DNA of 57,746 nt from Spirochaetales bacterium (GTDB lineage Bacteria > Spirochaetota > Spirochaetia > DAHUYW01), in NCBI GenBank assembly GCA_027314665.1, contig DAHVAK010000271.1:1-57746 (forward strand), given 5' to 3'. The position numbers and the translations under genes were made by a program. Of this stretch, positions 9,467-18,821 are shown piece by piece (within the stretch, counting starts at the first letter, position 1; each line of letters begins with the position of its first letter). Under the pieces are notes generated by a model that did no database searches, was not told where the DNA came from, and saw nothing but the letters and a program-made list of their open reading frames with translations.

Positions 9467-9880
9467 TTAGATATTGTAGGTGAGGTGCTCTTCGGCCATT
9501 CGCTGCTCGTTGAGCAGCTCATCGAGGCTCTTGTCGAGACAGCCGCGCACGGCGCGCTCGATGCCGCTCCAGAAGAACTCGAGCGGACCGTCGCGCTTCG
9601 GCTCGGGCACGATCTCGATCTTTCCGTCGAGGCAGGTGAGCACATCGAGCACGCTCGTGTGGTCGGGCGAGGAAGCGAGGGCATAGCCCCCTTGCGAGCC
9701 TCGGTAGCTCTCCACGATTCCCGCCTTCTTGAGCACCACGAGGAGCTGCTCGAGGTAGTGCTGCGGTATGCCATGAGCGCCGGCGATGTCCCGGATTTGC
9801 ACGGGCCCCTTGTTGTAGTATCGGGCCAGCTCAAGAACGGCTGTAAGCCCATAGACGCCTCTCGCCGATAGGGTGAACAG
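9467..9880 (-). CDS. Rrf2 family transcriptional regulator (start extended to an in-frame CTG)
   Basis: The tracked ORF (GTG at 9802) lacks the first part of the wHTH. The frame stays open upstream to the stop at 9893-9895 and encodes (L)FTLSARGVYGLTAVLELARYYNKGPVQIRDIA, a typical Rrf2 N-terminus. The only start-like codon there is CTG at 9880-9878, 5 nt downstream of AAGGAG. Confidence 0.6.
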   Translation of the reverse strand: MFTLSARGVYGLTAVLELARYYNKGPVQIRDIAGAHGIPQHYLEQLLVVLKKAGIVESYRGSQGGYALASSPDHTSVLDVLTCLDGKIEIVPEPKRDGPLEFFWSGIERAVRGCLDKSLDELLNEQRMAEEHLTYNI

Positions 9881-10021
9881 ATCTGCTCCTTCTCACGTCG
9901 CGAAGTGAAGAATAGGGGTGAGGCAGTCGAATGTCAAGGACGAATCCTCGGCGGAGCCTGCGCGCTTGACAGAGGGTACGGAGCCAACTACCCTCACCCC
10001 ACAGAAATGGGAGGAAGCAGC

Positions 10022-10723
10022 ATGCTGATCAAGGCTCGACGGCTCGTGGTGACGATTGCCCTGCTTTCGGCAGTCGCGGGCTTTTCCTTCGGCCAGGGAA
10101 ATTCCGAGAAGGCGTCCCGCCGCGCGATTGAGGTCACCGGCATCGGCATCGCTCACGCCGCCCCCACTCTAGCCCGCGTGCAGCTTGGGGTGCAGTCGAG
10201 ATCCCCCGATGTGAAGACCGCCCTCGCGCACAACGCCGCCGGAATGCAGGCGCTCCTCGCGGCGCTGAAGGCTGCAGGGGTCTCGGGGAGGGATATCGCC
10301 ACCTCGGAGTATCAGGTGCTCTATGTGCCCGAGGAGGGGACGCCGGGAGCCTCCCGCCCGGGATACTATGAGGTGACTACCTCGGTGACTGTCACCGTCC
10401 GGGAGATTGAGCGCCTTGGGTCGATTCTCGACGATTCCTTCGCGGCGGGAGCAAATCTCTCCGGAGGGATAGCCTTCGGGATCTCGGACAGCGCCGCCCT
10501 TGAGGCGGAGGCGCGCGCGAAGGCCTTTGCCGACGCGAAAGGGCGCGCCGAGGAGCTCGCGCGCCTAGCCGGGGTAGGGCTCGGTCGCGCGGAGCGGATA
10601 ACCGAGCTCGGCGGCCTTCCCTCGGTCCGCCCTGTCTTTGCGGCCGCGGGGATGGCGCCTCCGGTCAGCGCGGGGGAGCTCACGGTGCAGATATCCCTTC
10701 AGGTCCTCTTCCCCATCGAATAG
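10022..10723 (+). CDS. SIMPL/DUF541 family periplasmic protein
   Basis: The ATG at 10022 follows GGAGG. The signal peptide is MLIKARRLVVTIALLSAVAGFSFGQ. A DUF541-like body follows (IEVTGIGIAHAAPTLARVQLGV..., AEARAKAFADAKGRAEELARLAG). Confidence 0.7.
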   Translation: MLIKARRLVVTIALLSAVAGFSFGQGNSEKASRRAIEVTGIGIAHAAPTLARVQLGVQSRSPDVKTALAHNAAGMQALLAALKAAGVSGRDIATSEYQVLYVPEEGTPGASRPGYYEVTTSVTVTVREIERLGSILDDSFAAGANLSGGIAFGISDSAALEAEARAKAFADAKGRAEELARLAGVGLGRAERITELGGLPSVRPVFAAAGMAPPVSAGELTVQISLQVLFPIE

Positions 10724-10732
10724 GAGCGAGCC

Positions 10733-11200
10733 ATGTACCAGACAGCCGTCCATCGCAGCTTTCGCGCGAGCCACTCCTTGAGCGGCGGCCCGCAGCAGGA
10801 GAGGGTTCCGCACGAGCACCACTTCACTTTGGAGCTCGTCTTCGCCGCGATGGAGCTCGACGAGAACGGCTTCGTGGTCGACCGCACGGCTCTCGAGGAT
10901 TGCTTGGCGGAGCTCCTTTCCTCCGCGGAAAGGCACCTCATCAACGACCAGCCCTTTTTTGACGATCTCCCGCCCACCCTGGAGAACATGGCCCGCTTCT
11001 TCGCAGAGGAGATCGTGAACCGACTTCGCGAGGAGGGACTCGATGCGAAAAGGGTCGCTCGAGTGGATGCTCGCCTGTGGGAGTCGGAAAGCTCCTGGGC
11101 CTCCTACAGCTTTGAACCGGGCTCCCCGGGGCCCGCGCCCGCAAGCCCCCGCCGCAAGGCGCAAGCGCGCCGCGAACCTGCCAAGAAGCCGCGGAAATAG
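10733..11200 (+). CDS. 6-pyruvoyl-tetrahydropterin / 6-carboxytetrahydropterin synthase family protein (QueD-like)
   Basis: PTPS family blocks are present: FRASHSL, PHEHHFTLELVF, NGFVVDRTAL, HLIND, PPTLENMARFF and RLWESE. It carries a basic Pro/Ala-rich C-terminal extension. Confidence 0.7.
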   Translation: MYQTAVHRSFRASHSLSGGPQQERVPHEHHFTLELVFAAMELDENGFVVDRTALEDCLAELLSSAERHLINDQPFFDDLPPTLENMARFFAEEIVNRLREEGLDAKRVARVDARLWESESSWASYSFEPGSPGPAPASPRRKAQARREPAKKPRK

Positions 11201-11241
11201 GTCGGTGTGGCCGGCGGAACGCCGGGGGGAGGCGCGCCGTG

Positions 11242-12666
11242 TCAGGAATGCTGAGCGGGGAACTGAATCGCTACGGTCGTTCCGCGCTGGCGCTTGACGC
11301 TGATCTTCGCGTTCAGCTGCAGCGCCAGCGCGGAGACAAGCTGAAAACCCAAAGTGGTGGCTGTGCGCGGATTGATCTTGCCGGGGAGCCCGATTCCGTC
11401 GTCGGTCACTCGCAGGGTGAAGCTCGATTCTTGGCGATCGAGCCGCACGGTGACCGCCCCGTGTGTTCGCCCCTTGAAGGCGTACTTCACCGCGTTGGTG
11501 AAAAGCTCGGAGATGATGAGTCCCAATGGGATTGCCGTGTTGATGTCCAGCTTCACCTCGGCAACCTCGATTGAAAGCTCGATGTGCTTCGGACCCGACA
11601 ATACCGACTGCAGGAGATTCGCGGTAAGCTGGCGGACATATCCGCCAAAGTCGACCTGGGTCAGGTCCTCGCTTAGGTAGAGCTGCTCATGGACGAGGGA
11701 AATGGAGTTGATGCGGTCGCGGATCTGTTCGAAGACTTCGAGGTCGTGCCGGTTCTTCAAAGACTGGCTCTGAAGGGAGATGAGGCTCGCGACCATGGCG
11801 AGATTGTTCTTCACGCGATGGTGAACTTCCTTGAGCAGGACCTCTTTTTCGTGAAGCGACCGCTTGATCTCAAGCTCCGTGCGTTTCTGCTCGGTGACGT
11901 CGGCGATGAGCACAATCGTCGTGGCTCGGTGATTGTCCTCGACCGGAAGGAGCTTGATCGCGAGTCTGCGCTCTCCGAGGAAGATCGCGGCGTCGTCATC
12001 GAAGGCCCCGGCTCTCAGCCGTGAGAGGATGCCGGTGGTCGACGCGCCGTTGACGCGAAAGGCCAGCTCGTCGAAGTTCCGTCCGAGGAGGGTCTCCTCC
12101 CCTTCGCCGAGGATGGAGACCACCGATTGGTTCGCGCTGATGATGTCTCCGTGCTCGGTGACCTCCAGAATCCCCTCGGACATATTCTCGAGGATGATCT
12201 CGGCGTGTCGCTTGGAGCTCAAGAGCTCGCGGGTGATCTTTCGAGCGTAGATGTCCTCGGCGCCGTAGACATTCCTCTGGTTGAAATCCATGGGGTCGAG
12301 CGTCTCCCGCGAAAGAATCTCAAGCACATGGTCCCGCATCTTGTTCAAGGGACCCTTTGCGATGCAGGCGTTGGCTCCGAGCGCCTCAAGGCTTATCTCC
12401 TGCTCGGCGGCAATGGCGGAGAGAATCACGATGAAGATGCCTCGATAGGCAGGCGTCCGGCGAATGATGCGGCATAGGTGCGTGCCGTCGATGTTCGGCA
12501 TCACCAGATCGGTGATCAAGACCCCGGGCACGCAGGTCTTCATCGCCGCGAGGGCCGAGAGGCCGTCCTCGGCTGCAATTGGCGTGTGCCCCTCGCGCGC
12601 GAGAAGATTGACGAGGAACTCTCGAATCACTGGTTGGTTGTCGACGATGAGGATTGTCTTTCCCAT
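11242..12666 (-). CDS. hybrid response regulator / PAS / HisKA_2 histidine kinase
   Basis: The N-terminal REC domain is MGKTILIVDNQPV...ITDLVMPNIDG. A PAS-like middle section follows. The H-box is EVHHRVKNNLAMVASLISLQS and the HATPase_c motifs are ELFTNAVKYAF and DDGIGLP. Confidence 0.85.
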   Translation of the reverse strand: MGKTILIVDNQPVIREFLVNLLAREGHTPIAAEDGLSALAAMKTCVPGVLITDLVMPNIDGTHLCRIIRRTPAYRGIFIVILSAIAAEQEISLEALGANACIAKGPLNKMRDHVLEILSRETLDPMDFNQRNVYGAEDIYARKITRELLSSKRHAEIILENMSEGILEVTEHGDIISANQSVVSILGEGEETLLGRNFDELAFRVNGASTTGILSRLRAGAFDDDAAIFLGERRLAIKLLPVEDNHRATTIVLIADVTEQKRTELEIKRSLHEKEVLLKEVHHRVKNNLAMVASLISLQSQSLKNRHDLEVFEQIRDRINSISLVHEQLYLSEDLTQVDFGGYVRQLTANLLQSVLSGPKHIELSIEVAEVKLDINTAIPLGLIISELFTNAVKYAFKGRTHGAVTVRLDRQESSFTLRVTDDGIGLPGKINPRTATTLGFQLVSALALQLNAKISVKRQRGTTVAIQFPAQHS

Positions 12667-12674
12667 GTGGGCGC

Positions 12675-13001
12675 TCAGCCGCCACCGACCGCAAGCAGGG
12701 TTGAGATGCGCTCGAGCTCTTCGCGCAGGAGGGAGCGCAGCGCGGGGACTTCCGTGAGCGTCCGTGATTGGGCGGAGCTCTCAAGGGCCTGTGCAGCGCT
12801 GAGGAGCTCCGCCAGACCGAGGCTTGCGCTGGCTCCCTTCAGGGAATGAGCGAGCTCGGCGATCCGCGAGAAGTCGCATGCGCCGATCGCCTCTTCCAAT
12901 TGCGCGAGCTCGGAGGCCGCGTTTGTCGTGAAGAGCTGGAGCAGGGAGCGATATTCCTTCTCCTCGATCTCAAGCTCCGTGGCCTTCGCCGGAATATCCA
13001 T
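12675..13001 (-). CDS. Hpt (histidine phosphotransfer) domain protein
   Basis: 108 aa from the internal ATG at 13001. The Hpt signature is IAELAHSLKGASASLGLAEL. It lies between two REC-containing genes on the same strand. Confidence 0.75.
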   Translation of the reverse strand: MDIPAKATELEIEEKEYRSLLQLFTTNAASELAQLEEAIGACDFSRIAELAHSLKGASASLGLAELLSAAQALESSAQSRTLTEVPALRSLLREELERISTLLAVGGG

Positions 13002-13042
13002 GCTGTCCCCGGGGCGCCCGGTCGGATCGCCGTGCTCGACGT

Positions 13043-13993
13043 TCACGTGCTCGCCTCTGGTACGGCAACCGGAACTCCGGTCGTTCCCACCTTGAATGAG
13101 TATCGGCAGGTCGCATTGCCCACTACATGAAAAGAACCGTCTAGAGCGGGAGTGAGGGTCTTCGAAGCCTCCACGAGCGGGAGGGCGCGCTGTGCGAGCT
13201 CCGCGTAGCCGACTTCGCCGCTTTCGGCTCCTTCGAGGGACAAGTCCACCGTCAGGAGCGAGCCGGAGGGCTCTGCGGTTAGGCCGACGAGGATCGTGGC
13301 GCTGCTCGCCTCGCTCGCCGTCCGAGATCCGTTTCCCGCAATCGCCTCGGCCCACTGGGTTGCGACCGCATAGAGCAACCCCCCGAGAAGCGAGAGCTGA
13401 GGCGCCGTCGCGACGGAAAGCGAAAGGGGCAGGACGGGGACAAAGGAAATGCTCCGGTCAGCCTCCCGGACTGCGAGCCGAACTATCTCGGCGAAGTATC
13501 GCTCGATGAGCCGCGGCGATTCGCCAACCGAGCCGAGGAGTCTTTCGCCCGCGAGAGCGGCCTCATGACAACCCCGCAGGAGGAGCGCGACGGTGCGTTC
13601 GAGGGTCTTGGTGCGGCGGATGAGCTCGCGCTTTTCCAGGCATCGGGAGATGCGAAAGAGGAGCTCGTCGCTCTCGCAAGGCTTCAGAAGATAGTCATCG
13701 AGCGATAGGCGTTCGGCCTCGGTCGCAAAGGAGACGTCGACGTAGCCGGTGAGCACGATGACCATGGTTTCGCGGTCGGCCGCTTTTGCGGCGGAAAGAA
13801 CGTGGAGCCCGTCGACTTCCTTCATCACCAGATCGGTGATGATGACATCGAACTTCGTCTGTCGAATGAGCTCGATCGCCCTCTCGCCGCTTGATGCCGT
13901 GGCTATCGTGAAGCCGCTCTTTTCAAGCACTATGCCCAGGCCGGTGAGGATAATCGCGTCATCGTCGACTAGCAAGATGCTCCCTCGTTTCAT
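13043..13993 (-). CDS. response regulator with an uncharacterized C-terminal output domain
   Basis: The REC domain is MKRGSILLVDDDAIIL...ITDLVMKEVDG...LLKP. About 190 aa of C-terminus has no motif I recognise; the segment ILVGLTAEPSGSLLTVDLSLEGAESG is vaguely ATPase-lid-like. Confidence 0.75.
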   Translation of the reverse strand: MKRGSILLVDDDAIILTGLGIVLEKSGFTIATASSGERAIELIRQTKFDVIITDLVMKEVDGLHVLSAAKAADRETMVIVLTGYVDVSFATEAERLSLDDYLLKPCESDELLFRISRCLEKRELIRRTKTLERTVALLLRGCHEAALAGERLLGSVGESPRLIERYFAEIVRLAVREADRSISFVPVLPLSLSVATAPQLSLLGGLLYAVATQWAEAIAGNGSRTASEASSATILVGLTAEPSGSLLTVDLSLEGAESGEVGYAELAQRALPLVEASKTLTPALDGSFHVVGNATCRYSFKVGTTGVPVAVPEAST

Positions 13994-14009
13994 CCCCGCT
14001 CACGACTCT

Positions 14010-15158
14010 TCAGCCGCTCGTGGCCTCGCTTGGCGTGAGCTTCTTGCTGAACAAGCGGTAGGACTTGTATCGAGTCCCGCCCCACTTTTCAATTGGGCGA
14101 ATCATGTTGAGGTTTGTTTCCACCACGAGGGAACATTCTGACCACTTGTACCCGGCAGCGAGCCCGGTCTTGATGGTTTCCACCACCATGGCTATGTCGA
14201 CGCCCTGATTGCGATACTCCTTCATGACGCCCATCATGAAGGTCCGGGCCCCCACGCTGTGCTTGCGCCCATAGAGGAAGTGGAACCACCCGAGGGGAAG
14301 GAAACGTCCGTTCATGCGCTTTACCGCCGGATTGATGTCCGGCAAGGTGATCGAGCAGCCGATCGGAGCTCCCTGTTTCGTCTCCACGATGAAGCACAGG
14401 CGAGGATCAACGAACAGCAGGAGTGCCTCCTTGATCTGCTCGAACTGACGATCGGTGAAAGGGTAGTGGCCCCAGTTGTCGGCCCACGCCTCGTTGAAGA
14501 TGACCTTGATCTTGGCGATCTCTTCATCGAGCCGCTTAAAGTTGACGTTTCGAAAGACATAGCGCTTCTGGTTGACGAGGCGCTCCTTGGCCTTAAGCAG
14601 CCCATCTCGGATCGGTGCGCTACCATCCACCTTGAAGGCGTACCAGTCGATCTCCTTGTCGTAGCCGGCATCGTGCATCTGATTGATGTAGTACCGCGGA
14701 TTGTAGGTTTCCATGACGACGGGGGTCGCCGGGATCGCATCCCAACCGTCGACAAGGAGACACTGCTCGTCGTACACCGTGAAGCTTTCCGGTCCGACGA
14801 TCTTCGTCATGCCCTTCGCGGCTACCCAGCTCTCCGCAGCGCCGAGGAGGGACCGGGATACCTCGTCGTCGTCCACGCACTCGTAGAAGCCGAAGAAGCC
14901 GTCCCGGGAGCCCTGAAACTGGTTGTGATTGAAGTTGATGTGGGCGGAGATGCGCCCGGCGCATCGACCGTCCTTGTAGGCCAGAAAATAGGCCGCCTCT
15001 CCAAACTCAAAGAACGGCGAGCGCCGTCTATTGAGCATGCGAAGCGTGTCAGTGATGATGGGTGGCACCCAGTTGGGATCCCCCTTGTAGACCTTCCAGG
15101 GGAAAAGCACGAACTCCTTGATGTCTCGCCGTGTAACAGCTTCCCTGACAGTTACCAT
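14010..15158 (-). CDS. uncharacterized protein, possibly GNAT-fold acyltransferase-like
   Basis: 382 aa from the ATG at 15158, which is preceded by AGGAGG. The sequence is coherent and non-repetitive (MVTVREAVTRRDIKEFVLFPWKVYKGDPNWVPP...). The functional call rests only on overall resemblance and is weak. Confidence 0.4.
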   Translation of the reverse strand: MVTVREAVTRRDIKEFVLFPWKVYKGDPNWVPPIITDTLRMLNRRRSPFFEFGEAAYFLAYKDGRCAGRISAHINFNHNQFQGSRDGFFGFYECVDDDEVSRSLLGAAESWVAAKGMTKIVGPESFTVYDEQCLLVDGWDAIPATPVVMETYNPRYYINQMHDAGYDKEIDWYAFKVDGSAPIRDGLLKAKERLVNQKRYVFRNVNFKRLDEEIAKIKVIFNEAWADNWGHYPFTDRQFEQIKEALLLFVDPRLCFIVETKQGAPIGCSITLPDINPAVKRMNGRFLPLGWFHFLYGRKHSVGARTFMMGVMKEYRNQGVDIAMVVETIKTGLAAGYKWSECSLVVETNLNMIRPIEKWGGTRYKSYRLFSKKLTPSEATSG

Positions 15159-15305
15159 AGTCCTCCTCTCTTCGATGCACAGCAAACCAGCGTTCCCATC
15201 ATAAAACACTTTCGGGACTTTATCCACCCTATCGAGTTCTTGGAGATTTGGGACCGATTCGCTACCCACTTCCCGCTCGGCGGGAAGTTCTGGTATTGTT
15301 ACCCC

Positions 15306-16085
15306 ATGAGAAACCCGCTCGCGGTGATAGGGAGGTACGCGGCTCAATTCATGAGCGCCTACGGACGGGTAACCCTGTTGACCATCGAAAGCGTCGCAGC
15401 CTGGCGCAAAATCCCGAAGTATCTTCCCGAGATTCTGGAGCAGTACGCCAATCTCGAACGTCGCTCTCGCCCCGTGGCGACCGTCACCGCGGCGGCGATG
15501 GGGCTCATCCTCGGTGTGCAGATCGGAACCCAGATCAACGCGGCAACCCCGGCCTGGATCGAGGGGGGGCTCATCCTGCGTGCGGTCCTCCTCGAGATGG
15601 GGCCGCTCATCCTGTCGCTGATCCTTGCAGGGAGGGTCGGGGCGGGAATCGCCTCCGAGCTAGGCGCCATGCAGGTCACTGAGCAGATAGACGCCTTGCG
15701 GGCCATGGCCATCGATCCAGTGGAGTTTCTCGTCATGCCGCGGGTGGTCGCCGCGCTCATTGCCTTCCCGGTGCTCATCATCTATAGTGACCTCATCGCG
15801 ATACTCGCGGGGTTCGTCTCCTCGCACTTCACGATACACCTTACCTGGGTCGGCTTCGTAAAGGGGATGCACCACTCCTTTGTCGTCACGGACGTCTTCG
15901 CGAGCATCATAAAGGCGGCCGTCTTCGGCGAGGTCATTGTCGTGGTTGGCTCCTATTTCGGCTTAAGCTCGCGGCGAGGCGCCAAGGGGGTGGGGGCTGC
16001 GACCACCCAGGCCTTCGTGTGGACGGCGATCGCCATTCTCTTTCTCGACTACGTAATCTCGGCGGTGCTTTACTTTATATGGTAG
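15306..16085 (+). CDS. mlaE: MlaE-family ABC transporter permease
   Basis: 259 aa from the ATG at 15306. Typical MlaE blocks are present (GLILGVQIGTQ, LEMGPLILSLILAGRVGAGIASELGAMQVTEQIDALRAMAIDPVEFLVMPRVVA). The N-terminal part of the tracked 608-aa ORF is an antisense shadow of the neighbouring gene. Confidence 0.9.
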   Translation: MRNPLAVIGRYAAQFMSAYGRVTLLTIESVAAWRKIPKYLPEILEQYANLERRSRPVATVTAAAMGLILGVQIGTQINAATPAWIEGGLILRAVLLEMGPLILSLILAGRVGAGIASELGAMQVTEQIDALRAMAIDPVEFLVMPRVVAALIAFPVLIIYSDLIAILAGFVSSHFTIHLTWVGFVKGMHHSFVVTDVFASIIKAAVFGEVIVVVGSYFGLSSRRGAKGVGAATTQAFVWTAIAILFLDYVISAVLYFIW

Positions 16086-16831
16086 TCATCGAGCACCTGC
16101 AGAAGTACTTCGGCGAGAACAGGGTTCTCGATGATGTGAATCTCACCCTCAACGACGGGGAGATCTTGAGCATCATCGGAATGAGCGGGATCGGCAAATC
16201 GGTACTCCTCAAGATCATCATCGGACTCATCGAGCCCGACGGGGGCAGGATCTACCTCGACGACCTGGATATCACCGACCTCGGGGAGAGCGAGTTCAAT
16301 GAGCGCGTGAGAAGCCAGATTAGCATGGTCTTTCAGCAGGGAGCGCTCTGGGATTCCTTGACCGTCCAAGAAAACATCGAGCTTGCTCTCGCCGTCCGCC
16401 ACAACCTGTCCAAGCCTGAGCGAGACTCCCTGGTGCACGAGAGCCTCGAGCTCGTGGGGCTTCGCGACGCCGAAAAGCTCTACCCGGAGGAGTTGAGCGG
16501 CGGCATGATCAAGCGGGCCTCCATCGCGCGCGCAATCGCGGCCCGACCAAAGTATCTGTTCTACGACGAGCCGACCACGGGGCTCGATCCGGTCTTGGCG
16601 AACATGGTGAACGATCTCATTATTACTTTGCACCGGGAGCTGCACACGACCTCCTTGATCGTGAGCCACGATATTGAGCACCTCCAGAGATTCTCCCAGC
16701 GCGTAGCCCTGCTCCACGGCGGCAGAATCGAGCACATCTGCGAGGCCGCGGAGATGTGGAATCAGAACAACAGACTATTCAACAGCTTTATTCGCGGAGA
16801 GTTGGACATACTCTATGAGAACAAAACATAA
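16079..16831 (+). CDS. mlaF: MlaF-family ABC transporter ATP-binding protein
   Basis: The start at 16079 (MVVIEHLQKYFG) overlaps the mlaE stop. Walker A is GMSGIGKS, the signature is LSGGMIKRASIARA and Walker B is LFYDEPTTGLD. Confidence 0.9.
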   Translation: MVVIEHLQKYFGENRVLDDVNLTLNDGEILSIIGMSGIGKSVLLKIIIGLIEPDGGRIYLDDLDITDLGESEFNERVRSQISMVFQQGALWDSLTVQENIELALAVRHNLSKPERDSLVHESLELVGLRDAEKLYPEELSGGMIKRASIARAIAARPKYLFYDEPTTGLDPVLANMVNDLIITLHRELHTTSLIVSHDIEHLQRFSQRVALLHGGRIEHICEAAEMWNQNNRLFNSFIRGELDILYENKT

Positions 16832-17708
16832 CGAGCTCGGCATCGGTGTCGGCGTGACGGTCGCGACTCTCATCGTCGTCCTCGGCATACTCGCCCTGGG
16901 AAGCTCGGACATCTTTGTGGGTGGGATGCGCATCACCATGACCGTGCCCGACGCGGACGGATTGTCGACCGGCGATGCGGTGCTCTTCCGCGGGATATCG
17001 ATCGGAACCGTCGATTCCCTGACCATCGATCCGGACGGGGTGCTCGTCACGATGAAGCTCAAGGGAAAACCGGCGATTCCCCGCGATTCGCGATTCTTCA
17101 TCAAGAGCTCGAGCCTGCTCGGCGACAAGGTGGTCGAAATTCGTCCGGGAAGCTCGCCGGAAAACCTCCGGCCAAACAACGGGGTCAAGGGCAGCTCCGA
17201 GAGCGGGCTTCTCGGGCTCGCTTCGAACGCGGGGCAGGTGCAGCATCAGATCTCGACGATCCTCACGAACATCGACAATCTCTCGGGCGCATCCACGCTG
17301 AAGAGCGTCTATGGAACGATCGACAACCTGAACCAGACCATCGTGACCCTTCAGGGAATCCTCGCCGACAATCGGCTGGCCCTGAAGTCCACGATGGACA
17401 ATCTCTCCGCCATCAGCGGGGAGAGCCGGAAGCCCGTGTACGAGACGATCAAGACCCTCGACGCAACCATCCGTTCGATCGACCGGACCTCCATCGAGCT
17501 TCAGTCCGCAATTCGGCAGACCAGCTCCTCGCTTTCGGCGTTGAACGGGGTTCTCTCCCAGGTCGAGGCGGGCAGGGGGACGCTCGGGAAACTCGTAAAG
17601 GACGACTCCCTCTATGTAGAGATGAAGGACGCCGTCGCGCAGTTCAGGGCGCTCGTGCAGGACATCAAGAAGAACCCGCAGAAATACGTGACCGTGAAGC
17701 TCTTCTAG
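16815..17708 (+). CDS. mlaD: MlaD/MCE-domain substrate-binding protein
   Basis: It has an N-terminal TM anchor and an MCE domain (TVPDADGLSTGDAVLFRGISIGTVDSL...SSSLLGDKVVEIRPG), followed by a coiled-coil tail. It overlaps the mlaF 3' end. Confidence 0.85.
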   Translation: MRTKHNELGIGVGVTVATLIVVLGILALGSSDIFVGGMRITMTVPDADGLSTGDAVLFRGISIGTVDSLTIDPDGVLVTMKLKGKPAIPRDSRFFIKSSSLLGDKVVEIRPGSSPENLRPNNGVKGSSESGLLGLASNAGQVQHQISTILTNIDNLSGASTLKSVYGTIDNLNQTIVTLQGILADNRLALKSTMDNLSAISGESRKPVYETIKTLDATIRSIDRTSIELQSAIRQTSSSLSALNGVLSQVEAGRGTLGKLVKDDSLYVEMKDAVAQFRALVQDIKKNPQKYVTVKLF

Positions 17709-17713
17709 TCCGG

Positions 17714-18709
17714 CTAGAACACGCTGGTCATCTGCGCCAGGGCGTCGGGGACCAAGCCTTCGGTGAGGCGCGGGAGGTGGCGGACCATGCTCGAGACGTA
17801 TTTGAAGATGCTGTCGGCAAAGATCATCACCCCCAAGCCGACGGGCTCGCGCTCCGCGACGCGGAGCGCCCCTTCGCAGACGAGGGCGGCGCTGGGACCG
17901 GCGAGAAGCCCCTCGATCTGGCAGAGATCAAGGACGCGCTCGTAGGCGAGCTCGTAGTCGATCTCGAGCACCTCGTCGATCAAGGCAGGGTCATAAAGCT
18001 TGGTGACCTCAAGCTCCTTGAGGTTGCGGAGCCCGGGGACGTCGTGGCCTTCGGTCGGCTGTACCGCGATGATCTTTACCCCAGGATTCTTCGCCTTGAG
18101 GAAGGTTGCGCAGCCCGTCACGGTTCCGCAGGTGCCGAGCGAAACAAAGAGATGGGTTATCCTCCCCTCGGTCTGCCGCCAGAGCTCCGGTCCGGTCGTC
18201 CGTACGTGGGCCTCGACGTTCTGCCCGTTCTCGTACTGGTTCGGCATGACGTAGCGGTCCTTCTGGGCCTTGGCATGGGTCTTGGCGAGATTGATCGTGC
18301 CTCCGCTCTGACCGGGAACCGGGCAGAGGGAATCGCTCACGACGTCGATCTCGGCCCCCATGATCTTGAGGAGGACCTTCTTCTCCAGGGGGATCCGCTC
18401 CGGGACCACCGCCCGCATATGGTACCCCCGAACCTTCGCCATCGCCGCGAGACTGATGCCGGTGTTGCCCGAGGTCGGCTCCACGATCCCGCGCCCGTTT
18501 CCGACCTCGCCCCTCTCCTCGAGATCGCGAAGCATCGCGTAGGCGGCTCGGTCCTTGACCGATCCGAAGGGGTTCATCCATTCCAGCTTGGCATAGAGGG
18601 TAGAATCAGGAGAAGGGTTCAGGCGGTTGAGCCGCACGAGGGGGGTGGGGTTTTCCTCGCTAGGAAGAAGCTCGAAAACATCCTCATAGACGCGGGTCGC
18701 GTGGTTCAT
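17714..18709 (-). CDS. cysteine synthase family PLP enzyme (CysK/CysM-like)
   Basis: The PLP lysine block is LEWMNPFGSVKDRAA. Other blocks are EPTSGNTGISLA and GTCGTVTG. Confidence 0.85.
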   Translation of the reverse strand: MNHATRVYEDVFELLPSEENPTPLVRLNRLNPSPDSTLYAKLEWMNPFGSVKDRAAYAMLRDLEERGEVGNGRGIVEPTSGNTGISLAAMAKVRGYHMRAVVPERIPLEKKVLLKIMGAEIDVVSDSLCPVPGQSGGTINLAKTHAKAQKDRYVMPNQYENGQNVEAHVRTTGPELWRQTEGRITHLFVSLGTCGTVTGCATFLKAKNPGVKIIAVQPTEGHDVPGLRNLKELEVTKLYDPALIDEVLEIDYELAYERVLDLCQIEGLLAGPSAALVCEGALRVAEREPVGLGVMIFADSIFKYVSSMVRHLPRLTEGLVPDALAQMTSVF

Positions 18710-18821
18710 AGGCCCCTCTAAGTTGAGTATATTGATAAGGTACTCGCGGCAAAGGGAAAAGTAAAGTCACCCCTCGCGCGGCGCCCGCCGCGTTCGGCGG
18801 GGCGATCGCACGGGGCAGGCG

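Noticed and set aside
10724-10732. A preQ1 or other riboswitch upstream of the QueD-like gene.
   Set aside because: Only 9 nt separate it from the preceding gene, which leaves no room for an aptamer.
14259-16085. The 608-aa ORF read as one large protein.
   Set aside because: Only the last 259 aa (from the ATG at 15306) are MlaE-like. The first ~350 aa are the antisense of the 14010-15158 gene.
18782-18804. The GC-rich hairpin CGCCCGCCG-CGTT-CGGCGGGGCG after the aldo/keto reductase stop as an intrinsic terminator.
   Set aside because: On the transcribed strand no U-tract immediately follows the stem. It cannot be supported as a Rho-independent terminator.
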